From assembly GCA_951406725.2 (NCBI GenBank), contig OX597814.1, positions 161,014,001 to 161,078,000 on the forward strand: a DNA stretch of 64,000 nt. The letters are read 5' to 3'. Below the pieces are notes generated by a model. That model was not told the DNA's origin and did not search any database. It was given only the letters and a program-made list of their open reading frames with translations. Below are positions 44,256 to 58,192 of the stretch, piece after piece (position 1 is the first letter of the stretch; each line of letters opens with the position of its first letter). The DNA comes from Octopus vulgaris (Eukaryota). Made by a program: the position numbers and the translations under genes.

Positions 44256-45622
44256 GGTAAACTGACATCTGATTGTTCAAAGAAGACTTCAAAAGTAACT
44301 AGTAGCAATTCTTTTTGAAAATGGACAAAATTTGACATCATGCTGTTATCAAATACCTGCAAAAAAAAAAAAATGAGTCATGCTGATACAATTGCTACAT
44401 AAGGGGATGATGCTTCAGCTTAACCTATTTCTTTACTACCCACAAGGGGCTAAACACAGAGAGGACTAACAAGGACAGACAAACGGATTATGTCAATTAT
44501 ATCGACCCCAGTGCGTAACTGGTACTTATTTAATCGACCCTGAAAGGACGAAAGGCAAAGTCGACCTAGGCAGAATTTGAACTCAGAATGTAGCAGCTGA
44601 CGAAATACCGCTAGGCATTTTGCCCAGCGTGCTAACGTTTCTGCCAGCTAGTGCAAAAGTGGGCAGCTGAATTTAGGAGGAGGAAGAAGAGTATTGAAGA
44701 TGACACACAATGTGGATGTCCTGCAACTACCACCACTGAGGAAAACATTGATCATGTTCACCACAAGGTGATGAATGACAGGTGATTGACTATAAATCAA
44801 AGAGCCAATGTTATTAACATGTCCCATGAGAGAATTGAGAATATTTTGCACAATAAACTTGGCATGAGGAAGGTTTCTGCTTGGTGGGTGCCATGTCTTC
44901 TGACACCTGATCAAAAGCACATCAGGCTGATCACATCACAGGAAAATCTGACATTATTTCAGGCAGATCCAGCTGGTTTCCTTGAAAGTTTCCAACCCAG
45001 GATGAGTGTTGGCTACATCACTTTGAGCCAGAGACAAAAAGACAATCCATGCAGTGGAAACAACCATCCTCTCCAAAGAAGACCAAGCTTGTTTCATCTG
45101 CAGGGAAGGTGATGGTTTCAGTTTTTGGAATGCAAAAGGAATTGTGATTATTTACTCTCTTCAAAAGGGCCACATCATCAGTGGAGAGTACTATGCCAAT
45201 TTGCTGAAGCAGTTATAAAAGGGGTAATCCAGACTAAACATCAGGAAAACTAACAAAAGGGGTCTTGTTTCACCTTCTACAAGCCTTGGCTTCAATGGCT
45301 ATTGTGTGTGACTGTAGCTTTGAACTGTATGATCATCTTCCCTATTCTCCTGATTTGTCTCCATCAGACTATCATCTGTTCCCCAACATGAGAAAACGCT
45401 TGGCTAGGGACCAGTGTCATTGATCATAACATCATATCTACTGTTGATTTTTTTTTGACCAACAAGATGAAAGCTTCTTCACCAACGGGATAAAAGCACT
45501 GCAATACTGATGGAAGAAGTGTGTGGAATGTGAGGGGGACTATGTTGAAAAATAAACACCATTTGGTCACATTCCATGAGAATATCTTGGTCAGCCTATG
45601 AACTTTTCAGCTGACCCTCATA
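44256..45622 (+). mobile_element. Mariner (Tc1/mariner) transposon, degenerate; SINE inserted at 44423-44648
   Basis: HAVIKYLQ; ILHNKLGMRKVSAWWVPCLLTPDQK; QDECWLHHFEPETKRQSMQWK; SAGKVMVSVFW; LPYSPDLSPSDYHLFPNM; WKKCVECEGDYVEK*; 3' TIR aacttttcagctgaccctca-TA. Confidence 0.92.
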
Positions 45623-46113
45623 AGTTACACTTCTTGGAAGGATTTCAATATGTGTGCTACAAATCAGTACATCATTTGTACTCTGAGAAACTAAAAATTA
45701 TATAAGTTTATCACTAAATATTTTCCATTTTTTTTCAATAAGTGTAGAAGACAATCCTAGGCATGTTTTAGTCTTATTATGGTTTCATCAGCAAAGCATA
45801 AACCTCACTATACTTACAGGTGTAGTGAGGAAATCAAAACTACCACCACTGCCTCCACCATCACTATTATCAACAACAACAACAACAAAAACAGCAGCCG
45901 CATTATAGTTAACTATCATGTATTTTGTGTCTTTAAATTGTCTTTACTAAATAAGGTCATAAATTCTTTTGAGTTTGGTGAAGAGGATTCAACTGTAGTA
46001 CTGAAAAGATGAAAGGCTAAGTTGACCTAAATAGAATTTATACTCTGAATTCAGAGAACCAAAACAAATATCGTAAAACATTAACTATAGTTCTTTATAA
46101 TTGCGAGCTTTAA

Positions 46114-46498
46114 TCTCTCTATATATAAACGGCAGTTTGTCTGTGTGTGTTTCTGTGTGTCTGTTTGCTTGTACCCTCACCCTGACCACGGCTTTCAACC
46201 GATTCTAATGAAACTTGACACACACATAGCCCAATGTCATAATTCAAAACTAACGCAGCGAAAATTTTGAAAAGTTCCCCCACTTCTGAAAAAAATCGAT
46301 AAATTCGACATGGGGTTGAGAATCAGAAACACAAACCAAAAACTGTCTAGGGGACGCAACTCCACTTTTTTTAACTCTCAAAAAAAAATTTACCATCATT
46401 TTTTCAATTTTTTTTGCTATTTTTTGGCTATAACTCTCTAAAAATGCTTTATAGTTATTTCCCTTACAAACCTGAGCAACGCCGGGCGATACTGCTAG
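46114..46498 (+). mobile_element. Complete non-autonomous Helitron (385 bp)
   Basis: 5' a|TCtctctatatataaac; internal (ctgtgtgt) repeats; 3' hairpin cctgagcaacgccggg then CTAG|t; inserted between A and T. Confidence 0.85.
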
Positions 46499-47261
46499 TA
46501 TAGATTTAAAAACAGAACATTGGAAATTATGTAGAATTAGCAGTGCTACAAAGTTATGAAAGGTATGAGTTCCATCAAATGATAAATGGATAGAAATTAT
46601 CAAATCACTTTGTAGAATATTCTGAAAGAGAAAAAAAAAATGTGAAAGAAACTGAAATAGGATAATTTACTAAATGAAATAGGCATTTGCATACATAGTT
46701 TCCTTAACAACAGATACAGGATTTTCTTTAGAAAACTTAACCAATATTCAACCAGTATTAGGAACAGTTTTTAAAGTTGACCCTTTTTTTTTTTTTAATG
46801 GGATACATTACATACATTTAATTAATTTTGAACATAAGAGTTCAGAGATTTAGTAAAAATGACTATCATTTTTTGCTGTTTATGTACTGTTTGAAACAGC
46901 AAAAATATCTGATTTAAAATTGATATGAAAGTTTTCAATGCTTTAAAATAGGATGTTTGGTATCAAAGCTCAAGAGGCAGTCTCAGACGGGTAGGTTTGA
47001 AAAGGCTTCTGGGAGGCTCTTTGACTAATGAAATTGGAGAACATACATAGCAGCCATAGCATTGGGTCTGTTGCTTTTCGTCAGCAAACGAGTATTTTGA
47101 AAGGTTATGAAATATTGTTGTTGTTATGTTTGATGAAATAAATGTCATTAATGTACTTATTTAATAATCATAAGTGGTTCTTGTACACCATGCAAGTATA
47201 GGACATGTTTCTTTGTATGAGAACTATTTAGAAATAGTATAGCCAGCCAATGGAGATAGCA

Positions 47262-47330
47262 ATATATATATATATATGTGTGTGTGTATATTTGTATATA
47301 TATATATATATATATAAATATATGTATTTG

Positions 47331-47391
<61 letters not shown>

Positions 47392-47398
47392 ATATATG

Positions 47399-47438
<40 letters not shown>

Positions 47439-47471
47439 CTATATATGTATACATACATACATACACACACA
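47262..47471. repeat. (TA)n / (CA)n compound microsatellite
   Basis: About 200 nt of mostly alternating TA; source of the spurious YIYI ORFs. Confidence 0.95.
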
Positions 47472-48739
47472 CAAAGAGTAGAAAAGAGAAAGAAAGTGGG
47501 GAGCCAGACACCAGTTTGATTTGATGTGATGAAATTACAAGTGAGGTATTTACTGCAATGTAATTAATTATCCACAATGAATTTACAGTCAACTGTCAGG
47601 TGATGGTATCAAACTGGGCAATGGGTTAGTCTGTTATTTACTATTCTACAGACTTTATCGAGAAATGGTTTGTTCTGTAACATGAAACACCATAATTAAT
47701 TCATTGTACACCATACAGGTTTTGGAGGATAATTTGAAATGTATTGTATATCTTTTGACCATGTTATTTTAGTCTCATTGCAAAAAATAAACAAACCAGA
47801 GCCAGTGCTAGGATATTTAGCACCCTCAACCAACCATGTAATGTTTTCCATCTTCTCCTAGCCCTACAGAGTATGTGCTCTTCTCATAGTCTCACAAGAT
47901 GCACCTAGTTCTCATATCCCTACAATATGTTTCCCCATTTCACAGCCTACATTGTACACCTCCTTTAACAACTTTTTCTACAAATTCCTCTGGTCATTGT
48001 CCTCATTACACCAGCTGAAAAATGCAGTTGCAAATTTATAACTAACTTGCATTCAAGAAATCTATAGCATTATTATCAGGCATGTCACTGAGTAAATTTT
48101 TTAACTGGTAAAATTTTAAATGCTTCAAGTCAAATTATGTATCAGGTCATAATACTATATGATGCTCTCATCTTTCCCACTCCAACGCTGTCCTCCATCC
48201 TTTTATGTTCAAGAAGTGCCCTCTTTTACTCTCCCTACTCACATTTCTGGCTTGCTTTGATGTGAGAAGTGAAATAGCTTATCTTTAATTGTGTTTACTC
48301 AGACATTAGTTATCTTGGGGTAAAAGACAGAGAGATATGAGTTTCCACATCTTGCTGAAACTCTGTCTTTGATTTTTGTGGTTAGAGGTAAGGAAATGGA
48401 GTTCATGGATTCTTCATAACATGGTTATGTAGGGACCAAGAATCATATGTTGCTCACTATTGAGTCTCTCAACCTTTGCAGTTGTCCTGGTCTACTTGGC
48501 AAGAGGTGAGGTTCATGAATTGTTTGGTTGCCCTCAACACTCTGCTATTAGATCTTTTAGTAAAATGGTAAATTCCATTGTCTCGACCACGGTTGAACAA
48601 TGATGATGGTGATGAAATCTTTTAGAAAAGCATGCAGATCTCAAGGATATTGACTTTTGTTCTTGCTGTGTGGCCTAATCAGCTGCAAGACGATTAGTCA
48701 ATTAATAGTGCATGCACATGACAAATACATGCCTGAATT

Positions 48740-48970
48740 AGGGTGGTGAGCTGGTAGAATTGTTAGCACACTAGGCAAAATGCTTAGCGGTATTTTGTCT
48801 GCCGCTACGTTCTGAGTTCAAATTCCACCAAGGTCGACTTTGCCTTTCATCTTTTCGGGGTCGATAAATTAAGTACCAGTTATGCACTAAGGTCGATGTA
48901 ATCAACTTAATCCGTTTGTCTATCCTTATTTGTCCCCTCTATGTTTAGCCCCTTGTGGGCAATAAAGAAA
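48740..48970 (+). mobile_element. Meta-domain tRNA SINE
   Basis: Same consensus as 42400-42620; flanked by a direct repeat aaatacatgcctgaatt (48723 and 48973), a likely TSD. Confidence 0.85.
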
Positions 48971-49734
48971 TAAAATACATGCCTGAATTGTGGTTCATGC
49001 ACAATTTTGAACTGATAATTTAGAAAAAGTGTTGTGAATCCTAGAACTCACTACTAGCATGTTGTTTCTATTTTGTTGTTAATGTATAAAGATAGCAGTC
49101 TTTTGTTATTGCAGTTTAATCCCAAGTCAGCCCTGATCAAGGAAACTGATGATCAAAAGCTATTTTCAAAGGGTTATTGCTACTGTTGAGGCTGTTGTTT
49201 AGCTCCAAGTCAGACCTATGATTAAAAGCATTCTAGCTATGACCATCCCATACTTTTTTTCAGATGTACTGTTTTTAAAACTACAAACTATATAATCCTT
49301 CATTTTTTTTAAGAAGGCAGGGTATGATCTGATGAAGATTGGCTGCTGTTTCTAGTGGGTCAAGCAACCACAGCAGAAGTTCCCTTGATGACTGAATGTA
49401 CACAGAATAAAAGATATCTGAGACTTGGTTAACCAGAGTTGAGCATTAGTTGTATAACTGAGTTTTGTAATTCATAAAAATAAAAAAAGAATGAACATGA
49501 TCAGATTAGATATCTACTCTAACAAAATGATGAAATTATATCCATATTTGGTGAATATTATACAAATTAGATGCATTGATTAATTGTGCATATGAAAATA
49601 ATGCAATTATGTGTAAGCTTTAATGTTTTAGCATTTACAACCAGCCATATCAGGCCCAAGCATTCTACCTATTCTGTGTTCAAACTAGCCACCTACCCTA
49701 TGTCATTCTAAAATGAGCAATCACATCATTGAAC

Positions 49735-50035
49735 TCATCATCATCATCATCGTTTAGCGTCTGCTTTCCATGCTGGCATGGGTTGGACGGTGCAACTGGG
49801 GTCTGAGAAACCAGAAGGCTGCTCCAGGCCCAGTCTGATCTGGCAATGTTTTTACGGCTGGATGCCCTTCCTAATGCCAACCACTCCATGAGTGTAGCAG
49901 GTGCTTTTTACGTACCACCGGCACAGGTGCCAGACGAGGCTGGCAACGGCCATGATCAGATGGTGCTTTTTACGTGCCACCGGCACGGAAGCCAGTCGGG
50001 GTGGCACTGGCAATGGCCACGTTCGGATGGTTGTT
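49735..50035 (-). mobile_element. V-domain-type retroelement, 2 modules
   Basis: (tca)n tail, gatgcccttcctaa core, two ggtgctttttacgt modules. Confidence 0.8.
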
Positions 50036-50609
50036 GCCAGCGCCGCCCCGACTATCTGGAAGAAATGAAATAATTCATGATTAATTCAAAATAATGTGAA
50101 TAAGTGAGTATTACAGTTGGCAGAGTAGTCTGAATTCTAATGGATTAAACATTTTTGTATTTTTTAAGTTAAAATTTTAGTTGAAGTATGATTTATTAAA
50201 ATTCAATGCAATCATTCTGAGAATTAATCCAAAATTGTAAAACCATGTTGGCAACCAAAATCAAAGAGTAATGCAGCTATGAGTAGTATGAAAACAAAAA
50301 TGATTCAGGTTTTATAAGGGTTGCAGTATTGCTTTGAACAGCATTGCTTGAAGACTTTTATTGGGCAATTTTCCCAATAGACTATTGCTTGGGGAAAAAC
50401 TCAAAGATATTGCCAATTACCCTAATTGAATTTGTTGTGCATAAACATTGAATTTCCAACAACAGTACATCTGACTCCTTTTCTTCAGGATCTGTTTATG
50501 ATGGTTCATTAAAGCTCAAATATTTTAAAACTAAGAATAGTTTTACAAAACTTTTCAAAAGAAGAAATTTTACCAAAGTATATAGACATGAAATTGTCTT
50601 AAACATAAT

Positions 50610-50642
<33 letters not shown>

Positions 50643-50765
50643 CTTTATTGTGGGTTAACAAAGCTACCATTGGTTTCTTGCCGAGAGAAATCTCTCAACA
50701 TTTATCAAGCTTGCCACACTGTCATATGGGACATTGGTACTCTCTCAACAATTATGAAAATGTAC

Positions 50766-50972
50766 ATCATCATCATTTAACGTCCGTTTTCCATGCTAGC
50801 ATGGGTTGGATGGTTCAACCAGGGTCTGGGAAGCCAGGAGGCTGCACCAGGCTCCAGTCTGATCTGGCAGTGTTTCTACAGTTGGATGCCCTTCCTAACG
50901 CCAACCACTCCGTGAGTGTAGCACCCACTACACTCACGGAGTGGTTGGCATTAGGAAGGGCATCCAGCTGTA
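50766..50972 (-). mobile_element. V-domain-type retroelement with 5' inversion (hairpin)
   Basis: Arms 50877-50921 and 50928-50972 are reverse complements. Confidence 0.85.
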
Positions 50973-51467
50973 TAAATATAAATGAATATGTCTGTACATA
51001 TATATCTATGAGTGTGTTTGTATGTCTTTATCTTGACATCATGTACAACTAAATATAAACAAAAGAATACTGTCATACAATCAGTATCAATTGTTTGCTA
51101 TCTTCTGTGAAATCCTGTCCAATCATCACATTGCTTACATTTAAAGGACTAGGGAAAATATTAACTTTCTTAGAAACAAGTGAGGAAGGTCATCCATCTA
51201 CCTCAGTGAATTTCATCTGATGCATACAACCATGGGAAAGTGGACATTAAAATGACAATGATGAAGATGACGATATATCATCATCATTATCTTTGTTTCA
51301 ACATCCACTTTTCCATGCTTGCATGGGTCAGATAGAGTCTATTGAAGTGGCTAGATGCCTTCTTGTCACCAACCCTCACTGGCTTCCCAGCAAAGTAATA
51401 TTTCCCCCATGGCCATTCATGTTCTTGCAGAATATTGGAAATGAATGACCCTAGCTACCTGTAAATA

Positions 51468-51688
51468 TATGGTGGGGTGCTGAAAAGTTCCTGACTTTTA
51501 GGGTATCATGAAAGGCCTGGTTGGAGGCCCAACTTTGTGAGTTCTTTTGCAAAGCTTAGGGAAACTAAAGGACCATTGCAATAAATGTGTGAATCCAAGA
51601 GAGGAATATGTTGAATAAAATCATAATTAACTGATCCTCCTATATTTTCTTTTACTCAAAGCCAGGAACTTTTCAGCAACCCCTCGTA
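51468..51688 (+). mobile_element. Mariner-derived MITE
   Basis: TIRs ggggtgctgaaaagttcctgacttt / aaagccaggaacttttcagcaacccc, TA flanks; interior encodes mariner C-terminus CNKCVNPREEYVE*. Confidence 0.85.
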
Positions 51689-52589
51689 TGTATGTGCTAA
51701 GTGCATAAAAGCACCCACTACACTCTGTAAAGTGGTTGGCATTAGGAAGGACATCCAACGATAGAAAGCATGTCAAAACAGCTCTTCAGCTGACCAGTTC
51801 CTGTCAAACCGTCCAACCCATGTCAGCAGGGAAAATGGACATTAAACAATGATGATGATGTGTGTATGTAATTAAGTGCTTTGCAATATTTAACAATGTA
51901 ATTTAAAATCATTTGACTGTAAAAAATGTACTTTGGAATACAATCTTGAAATGATTTGATTGTAGCAATGTACTTTGGGTAATATTATGATATTTTGGAA
52001 TACAAATAATGTTTTTTGAAATAATTTGATGTATTTTGAAATGATTTGGTTTTAATAATATACTTTGGAATTTACTGCAAAGTAAAGAAATATCTTTTTT
52101 CTTTTATTTTTGACTTGCTTTAGTCATTGGACTGCGGCCATGCTGGGGCACCAGCTTGAAGAATTTTTAAAAGCCTGGTACTTATGCCATCAGTCACTTT
52201 TTCCGCACAGCTAAATTACACAGATGTAAACTCACCAATACTGGTTGTTGGGTGGTGGTGGGAGACAAACACAGAAACAAAGACATACACACACATACAT
52301 ATATATCATCATCATCGTTTAACGTCTGCTTTCCATGCTAGCATGGGTTGGACGATTTGACTGAGGACTGGTGAACCAGATGGCTGCACCGGGCTCCAAT
52401 CTTGATCTGGCAGAGTTTTTACAGCTGAATGCCCTTCCTAACGCCAACCACTCCGAGAGTGTAGTGGGTGCTTTTATGTGCCACTGGCACGGGGGGGGGG
52501 GGGCAGTCAGGTGGTACTGGCAACAACCTCTATATACCACACAATTCAGGAGAGATGGAAAAATGGTCATATAAAGAAAATGTGCTATA

Positions 52590-52967
52590 GGTGCAGGTGT
52601 GGCTGTATGATAGGAAGTTTGCTTTCCAACCACATGGTTCCAGGTTCAGTCCCCAATGCATGACACTTTGGGCAAGTATCTTCTCCTACAGCCTCAGGTC
52701 AACCAAGGCCTTGTGAGTGGATTTGGTAAACAGAAACTGAAAGACATTCATCGTGTGTGTGTGTGTGTGCATGTGTGTCTTTGTGTCTGTCCCTACCACC
52801 ACTTGACAGGTGGTGCTGGTGTGATTACATCTCTTTAACTTAGCAGTTCAGCAAAAGAGACTGATAAAATAAGTATCAGGCTTTAAAAATAAGTATTGGG
52901 GTCGATTCATTCAACTAGATGCCCTAGTATGGCTGCAGTCAAATAACTGAAACAAAAGATAAAAGAT
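52590..52967 (+). mobile_element. CORE-like tRNA SINE
   Basis: Full family layout ending gaaacaaaagataaaagata. Confidence 0.8.
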
Positions 52968-54509
52968 ATATAATATGTATATTGTATATGTACTCAGCTG
53001 CTGTGTCAGTTGTGTGACAAAAATTTTGATGCTTTATGAAATAGATTTAAAGTGAACTTAACAGTTATGTGTATTATTAAATAGCCTGAATACCTTTTAG
53101 TTTCAATATAAGTGCTCAGATTAAGTCTCTTGTTAGCCAAGTACAATTCAGATTTTATTTGACTAGTAGTCTGGTTTCTTGGTGGTTGGAATTTTTAGCC
53201 TGAGTCAGAAATGAATGTTGTATTTAAAAGGTTGCAGAAATGTGGTGGTTTTCTGTTTTTATTTAAATGTAGTGATTTCAGTTTGTGAATGTGTGAATGT
53301 AAGCTATCAATCAGGTTGATGTAGTATGCCAATGGGAGTGTTTGCTTTGTGCTTAGGAAAATATAATAGAATATAAATGGGAGAAGTTAAAATGCCAGTT
53401 GGTGGTATATTGTGTGGATTCAGCAGCATATCAAGTGAGCTGGTTCAGAATTTTGTTTGTGAATGTGATAGTCACTGATGCATGAAGAATTTATTTCTCT
53501 ACAGAGAGGTCAATGCTTTTAAGCAGATAAAATTAGCTTATTGGACTTGAATGAAGTGGTGGGAGCTGGAGAGATGAAGAGAGAGGAGACAGCAGTAGTA
53601 GAGGAGTAATTTACAGAGGGGTGGGGTAGAGGAGCAGGGAGGTAAACATGCAGAGTTTAATAGGTGCAATAATTTTATATCAATATTTGAATTAACCCTT
53701 CAGTGTTCAAATTACTCAGTCAAATGTAAGGCTTATTTATTCATATTGTTTTGAATTAATCAGGAATTTATCAGGTGTAGTGCACCTGAGTAGTGTATAT
53801 AACAATTTCATTATTATTGAGCTGGAAACGTTAGCTCACTGGATGAAATTATTAAGCAGAAACATTAGCTTACTAATTGAAATGCTTAGTGGTATTTTGC
53901 CCCTTGCTACGTTCTGAGTTCAAATTCCACCAAGGTTGACTTTTCCTTTCATCCTTTTGAGGTTGATAAATTAAGTACCAGTGAAACACTGGGATCAATG
54001 TAATCGACCAGTCCCCTCCCCACAAGTTTCAGGCCTTGTGCCTTTAGTAGAAAGACATGATTTTTTATGAATTATCTCATAGCTTCAAGATTTTGATGTC
54101 ATGATAGTTTATTTTCAGAATGACATTATAGGATAGGTGTGAGATGCCAGATCTGGCCAGGCCAATCAAAAAACATGTTAAAAAATTTGGGCCAGAAAGG
54201 GTTAAGGAAATTGATGTATTCCACTTTTTTTACTACACTGTTAGAAACTTTGTTTCTAGAGGAAGGTAAAACATTGGCTTTTATGAGGGTAAGTTCTTTT
54301 AATAATGGAAAGAAGTATATATTTAAATAAAATGCAATAGGCTTATAATGACCCTTTCATGTATAGAAAAATATCCTTTTAATAATATTACATGTAATTC
54401 AGTAAATTATATATCTATATCATGCAAAAACTAAAATAAAAATATGAATTAATAAAAAACAAATGTGGTACTACTGGTTCTTTCAAACTTCTAATTCTTC
54501 CCTAATATT

Positions 54510-57450
54510 ACAGATGCTAATCCCGGAATTATTGGAGGGGCTTCATTTCAAAATAGAAGCAACCAATTTGTAATACTTTGAGTTAAATGATATCATCTGA
54601 AATGTAGTCAGAGATGATCGTTAATGTCTTATATGAACAATAGCAGCCTGTATTGACTGCAGAAGAATAGGCAACACTTGTCTGTAATCTTTTCCTTGTA
54701 GAATGATCTTACATTGAAAAATGCTATTGATACCAGCAATATTTTGACTATTAATGGCATAAAGAGTATCATGGGTGGTTCATCAATGAGACAGAATTAC
54801 ATCTTGATCTCTTAAGAAATGAACTTGTTCAGCTCTGGGAGATATATTACAAATGCTTAGAGCATACAACACATGATCATACAACACATCAGAAAGGGTA
54901 CTGGTAGTTTGAATAAGCTGCTTAATGTCTTACTATATAACAACAAAGTAGCAGCAACACCAGTCTACACAGTACTTGATAAATTGAAATTATTCCCAAG
55001 ACTAGAAACAATAATATACATTAAATAAGTTTTCCTACATCCTCCTGAAATCTTGATTATAAAAGCAACTACATTTCAGAATTTCTCTTCTTGTCTTCTG
55101 CATTGATCAATACATCAGTATTTTTTTTTTTTTGTTAAAATTTTTTGAATGTTTATTTAAATGAATAAGGCTGGAGTTCTTGTTCATCTATGTTTCTAAA
55201 TTTACCCATAGATTCTCATAATCCTATTCCTGGTCTTTGTTAATTTGTTCCTCTTTAGATTGAACTTTGATTTATTGCATATTTCTTGTCCTTTATGTAA
55301 AAAAAATCTTCAATTGTTTGTTCTGCAAAATAGTTCCAAGACTGAATTATATTTTGAGGATTGTTAATAGTACAAATAGCTTAGCTGCATACATTACTTG
55401 TAAGTTGCAACAGTGTTCAAAATGTTGAAGCTTCCTCTAAAGTGCTTCCAAACTCATTTTCTTAGTCAATAATTTAAATTGAATGCAAGCATTTTTAGTA
55501 GCTGACATAATTTCTCTTTGGACTATTCTCAATTTTTCCATGTCTTGCTTCATATACACAAATATACACCGTGGGGTTGTTTACCAGTAAAATATTTTAA
55601 CATTCCCATTGGATCAGTGACATATATAATTCTTGTAAACATTAAAAACATATTTTTCTAAGTAAAAAACAAATTCCTTTCATCATCATTTAACATCCGC
55701 TTTCTATGCTAACATGAGTTGGATGATTTGACTGAGGACTGGCAAACCAGATGGCTGCACCAGGCTCCAATATCATCTGGCAGAGTTTCTACAGCTGGAT
55801 GCCCTTCCTAACACCAACCACTCTGTGAGTGTAGTGGGTGCTTTTATGTGCCAGTCTGGCGGTACTGGCAACGGCCATGCTCAAATGGTGTTTTTTACGT
55901 GCCACCTGCACAGGAGTCAGTCCAGCGGCATTGGCAACGATCTCGCTCGAATGTTTTGTTCACGTTCCAGTAAAGTGACGCTGGTAACAACCATGTTCAA
56001 ATGATGCTTTTTATGTGCCACTGGCATGGAAGCCAGACAGCTGCTCTGGCAGTGATCCTGCTCGGATGAAGCTGTTAGCACTCCTTTCTTATACCTATTA
56101 AAATACTTGTCTCTACAACTTATCAACTCTAAATTTTTATGCATCGATTTTTTCCTTCTTTCATTGAAAATGGGATTTTACAGAGAAGAAATAATCATCC
56201 AGACTATTCAATCAAAATAGTATCACAGTGGCATAGTGCTTCAGTAGCTTTACCCTTTAATATTTAAAAAGGCCATATCTGTCCAAAATATTCTACTTGT
56301 TTTATGTTCAAACGAGCCAGACCTGGCCTCTCACACCTACCTTACAATGTCTTTCTAAAAATAAAGTCACATCATTGAAATTTCAAAGCAATGAGATAAT
56401 ACATGATTAACTCAAAACAATGTAATAAATAAGCCTTACATTTGACAGAGTAATCAAAATACAAAAAGGGTTAATAAACTTAACTTCTTTGAAAGTACAC
56501 TTCTCTGTTGACTTTGAAGGTGGAAGGCTTGTCTCTGTGGGATGTTTAAATTGTTTGTATTTTCTGGGCATTTTGGATTACTGATGTACATTAGAAAATA
56601 GTCAGGTTTTCCATACTTTGCTACTACTACTATTGTCAAAGCATCTTGTAAAGAACTGGTAAACTCCTAGTGAATGAAGAAGGAAATATGACCATTACTC
56701 CACCAGTTCTGGTTTTCTCTGGTTGCAAAGAGACCTTATTTCTTTATTGCCGACAAGGGGCTAAACACAGAGGGGACAAACAAGGACAGACAAAGGGATC
56801 AAGTCGATTACATTGACCTCCAGTGTGTAACTGGTACTTTATTTATCGACCCTGAAAGGATGAAAGGCAAAGTCAACCTCGGCGGAATTTGAACTCAGAA
56901 TGTAACAGCAGACGAAATACTGCTAAGCACATCGCCTGGCGTACTAACGTTTCTGCCAGCTCGCCGCCTTCTCTAGTTGCAAAGAAACCTGTCAGTCTGT
57001 TGTACTAAGATTGGTTGTTTTTTACCAAATATAAATGGTACTCTCCAGCCTTGAAATATACATTGACATGCCTGACCTTGCAGCTCTCTCAAATGCATAT
57101 TTTTATATAGTTCAGCACATGGATTGTAAATATTCTAATTTCTTGTAGAGTATACAACACATTGGGCAAACATTTTGAATTTTAAGGAGCTTCTAATTGA
57201 AATTGTAAAGATTATTTAGCATCAAAATTTTAAGTTGATTATATTAACCAACTTTATATCATTAATTCTATTATTGAAGTCAGGCAATCAGTTTCTGGGT
57301 GCAGACAGAAGTAGAATGGTGTGTCAAACCCTGAATTTTAAAACAAATAAATTCCCTTTCCGTTAGATGTGATAATCTTTACACCAAATGATGCAAACAA
57401 AACAAACTGCATAATTATAATTTGAAATAATTTACCGGAAATTATAAGCT
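54510..57450 (-). mobile_element. Degenerate Helitron RepHel (Rep + Pif1-type helicase), fragmented by SINE/MITE insertions
   Basis: Minus: VIFPSSFT..QDALTIVVVAKYGKPDYFLMYISNPKCPENTNNL (Rep motif 1, ~56520-56700); LEEASTF..NPQNIIQ/LWNYF; ISGGCRKTYL..TGVAATLLLYSKTLSSLFKLPV (Pif1 motifs I/Ia, ~54900-55070); DYRQVLPI..AAIV..RSSL (motif III, ~54610-54690). Confidence 0.85.
56735..56970 (-). mobile_element. Meta-domain tRNA SINE inserted in Helitron
   Basis: Reverse complement of family consensus; flanks duplicate tctct.gttgcaaag..acct. Confidence 0.85.
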
Positions 57451-57506
57451 CCTCCCACCCGCTGCTTTCATCATCATCATCACCATCATTATTATTACTG
57501 GAGGTA

Positions 57507-57925
57507 TAAGGCAGCAAGCTGGCAGAAATGTTTAGTGGTATTTCATCTATCTTCGTGTTCTGAGTTCAAATTACGCCAAGGTCGACTTTGCCTTTCATCC
57601 TTTCAGGGTCGATAAATTAAGTACCAGTTGTGTAATAGAGTCAATCTAATTGTCTAGCCCCCTCCCTAAAAATTTCGGGCCTTGTGCTTAGAGTAGAAAA
57701 GATTATTATTGGAGGTTGACTTTGCCTTTCATCCTTTCGGGGTCGATAAAATAAGTACCAGTTGAATACTGGGGTCAATGTAATCAACTCATTCCCACCC
57801 CCAAAATTGCTGCTCTTGTGGCAAAATTGGAAACCATTATTATTATCATTTGAGGTTGACTTTGCTTTTCATTCTTTCAGGGTCAATAAAATAAGTACCA
57901 ACTGAACACTAGGGTCGATGTAATA
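57507..57925 (+). mobile_element. Tandem Meta-SINE array (one head, three bodies)
   Basis: aggt.gactttgc.tttcat.ctttc.gggtc.ataaa..aagtacc at ~57579, ~57713 and ~57853, separated by (att)n tails. Confidence 0.8.
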
Positions 57926-58192
57926 TTCTGCCTGCTGTATTTTATCTGTCTTATGTTGTTGTGCTTCTCTATTTCTCTCGATGTTGTTGCAAATAATTAG
58001 TTTACTGTTCATCATTCTTGTTCTCTGCTGGCTATATTTTTGATAATGTAGATACCCTGCATGTTTGTGCTCAGTCATATTGGCTCTTTATTCATGTTCT
58101 TTTACTAGTTTCAGTTATTGGGGCACTGCCTTGAATATACACATATAGACACCCACACACGGGTGGTATATATATGTGTGTGTATATATGAA

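Noticed and set aside
43814-44362. 182-aa Ser/Leu/His/Pro-rich ORF
   Set aside because: Antisense of a purine-rich low-complexity tract overlapping the mariner start; no domain motif. The same applies to 33174-33578.
47224-47592. YIYI-rich ORFs
   Set aside because: Translation of a (TA)n microsatellite.
47521-47605. C/D box snoRNA (GTGATGA)
   Set aside because: No terminal CTGA D box or terminal stem at a suitable distance.
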